Of a stretch of DNA of 26,823 nucleotides, positions 25,860 through 26,823 are shown piece by piece. The notes beneath the pieces are model-generated. The model searched no databases, was not told the origin of the DNA, and worked only from the letters and a program-made list of their open reading frames with translations. Made by a program: the position numbers and the translations under genes. This DNA comes from Pseudomonadota bacterium (lineage in GTDB: Bacteria > Bdellovibrionota_B > Oligoflexia > Silvanigrellales > Silvanigrellaceae). Positions within the stretch are counted from its first letter, which is position 1. The number at the start of each line of letters is the position of its first letter. The stretch is from positions 1 through 26,823 of the forward strand of contig JBDLRP010000051.1 of assembly GCA_039799905.1 (NCBI GenBank), in the 5' to 3' direction.

Positions 25860-26621
25860 TTACTGGGGTGATGGGCAACGACTCAGGCTCGAGTGCGCAG
25901 CAATAATGTCTGAATCATTCCAACTGCAGGAATAACTGCAACCAGAGCCGCCAGCCCGCTCGATTGCAACTTTAACATAATCAGAACACTTTGAGGCACA
26001 AACCTCTCTTGAGGATGCTTGCAGGGATAAACTCTGCCCCCCGATAAAATCCCCTTCAAAAACCCCAAATCGAGTTCTTATTTTGCAATCAGCTAATTGG
26101 AAGCCTGCAGGCGGCGCAACGCCTCCAACACTGACTCCCGGCGACGCTTGGGCGCTGGCTATCGTGCCCGAACAAGTCCCACTCTGAGCCTCGGACTTGA
26201 GCAAAGAGCTAGAACCAAAGTTACACTTATAAGTGCATTGTGTGGAATCGACTGTCTTTTGCGCCAAAGAATTGCAGGCCGACACACAACCCTCTTCTGT
26301 GGTGTTGAGCAGCTGTGAACTCTCCACCCGATCTGCCAGACCAGGCAATGATTCAAATCCTGGTTCTATTTTGATTCCCAAAACGCTCACATCACACATT
26401 TTCTTCGTGGGAATAGGTTGAGAGATGCTTGGTTGAGTTGACGACGCACTAGAGCCAGCCGAGCCAATAGTTCCGCTTCCGATGACAACTCCGCCTCTTG
26501 ACGATTGGTCGCCGGGCGTATTTGAAGATGATGAACTTTGCTTTCTGGGCTGGACTTCGGAACAGGCAGTGCCCCACGCGAGCGGTAAAAGCGACCAAAT
26601 GATAAGGTTAAGCTTTTTCAA
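25860..26621 (-). CDS. Lipoprotein with Ser-rich linker and two tandem six-cysteine domains
   Basis: TTG start at 26621 with GGAG RBS (alternative ATG 26642); KKLNLIIWSLLPLAWGTA-C signal; 12 Cys in two repeats. Confidence 0.75.
   Translation of the reverse strand: MKKLNLIIWSLLPLAWGTACSEVQPRKQSSSSSNTPGDQSSRGGVVIGSGTIGSAGSSASSTQPSISQPIPTKKMCDVSVLGIKIEPGFESLPGLADRVESSQLLNTTEEGCVSACNSLAQKTVDSTQCTYKCNFGSSSLLKSEAQSGTCSGTIASAQASPGVSVGGVAPPAGFQLADCKIRTRFGVFEGDFIGGQSLSLQASSREVCASKCSDYVKVAIERAGGSGCSYSCSWNDSDIIAAHSSLSRCPSPQ
25875..26396 (-). repeat. Protein-level tandem repeat: two 6-Cys domains (26172-26396 and 25875-26087)
   Basis: Both follow C-xn-ExC-x3-C-x12/15-CxYxC-x16-C, with an aromatic residue (F/W) two positions after the fifth Cys. 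Confidence 0.75.
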
Positions 26622-26650
26622 CTCAAATCTCCGATAGTGCATTTCTTACG

Positions 26651-26677
26651 TTATCGGATTTACGAAATTTATCTGTA
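26651..26677 (-). promoter_or_regulatory. sigma28/FliA-like promoter
   Basis: Minus strand TACAG-N14-TCCGATAA; strong -10, weaker -35. Confidence 0.4.
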
Positions 26678-26823
26678 GGATTTTGCAATTACCACGTGAG
26701 AATATCGCGGGTTGAACGACTCGGATGAATGCGCTCGGTCGTCATACCAATGGATTAAAACAGGCCAGACGTCTAAGTCGACGGAGCGCAAAACATCGAC
26801 CACATTGCACACTCTTTGGAAAA

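Noticed and set aside
1..26823. CRISPR arrays, transposases, integrases, prophage genes, rRNA, T-box or yybP-ykoY riboswitches
   Set aside because: No regularly spaced repeats or diagnostic motifs were seen on either strand by manual reading.

Overview
Chromosomal window from a bacterium that most likely belongs to Bdellovibrionota/Oligoflexia. This is inferred from a TIGR02147/DUF4423 regulator, an EF-G of the mitochondrial-EFG1-like type outside the str operon, and several lineage-typical secreted and lipoprotein genes. Housekeeping genes (fusA, ddl, pepA, recA, murJ, a D-2-hydroxyacid dehydrogenase, sodB, alaS, an NhaR-like LysR/terC pair) are interspersed with orphan exported proteins. 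I found no mobile element, CRISPR array, rRNA or canonical tRNA. Best candidates for novel biology: (1) a ~925 aa HEAT-repeat protein with a C-terminal HEPN-like domain (RNPAAH, Rx4H) directly after recA; (2) a 63-nt four-way-junction (cloverleaf) structure between the recA stop and its terminator; (3) a bacterioferritin-fold gene, 2 nt after fusA, that has lost five of six ferroxidase ligands and the haem Met; (4) a recurring sigma28-like promoter before five exported-protein genes; (5) an AlaRS with Ala in place of the conserved G3:U70-discriminating Asn; (6) a CATACA-N7-TGTATG palindrome upstream of recA. All family calls come from motif recognition by eye; no searches were run.
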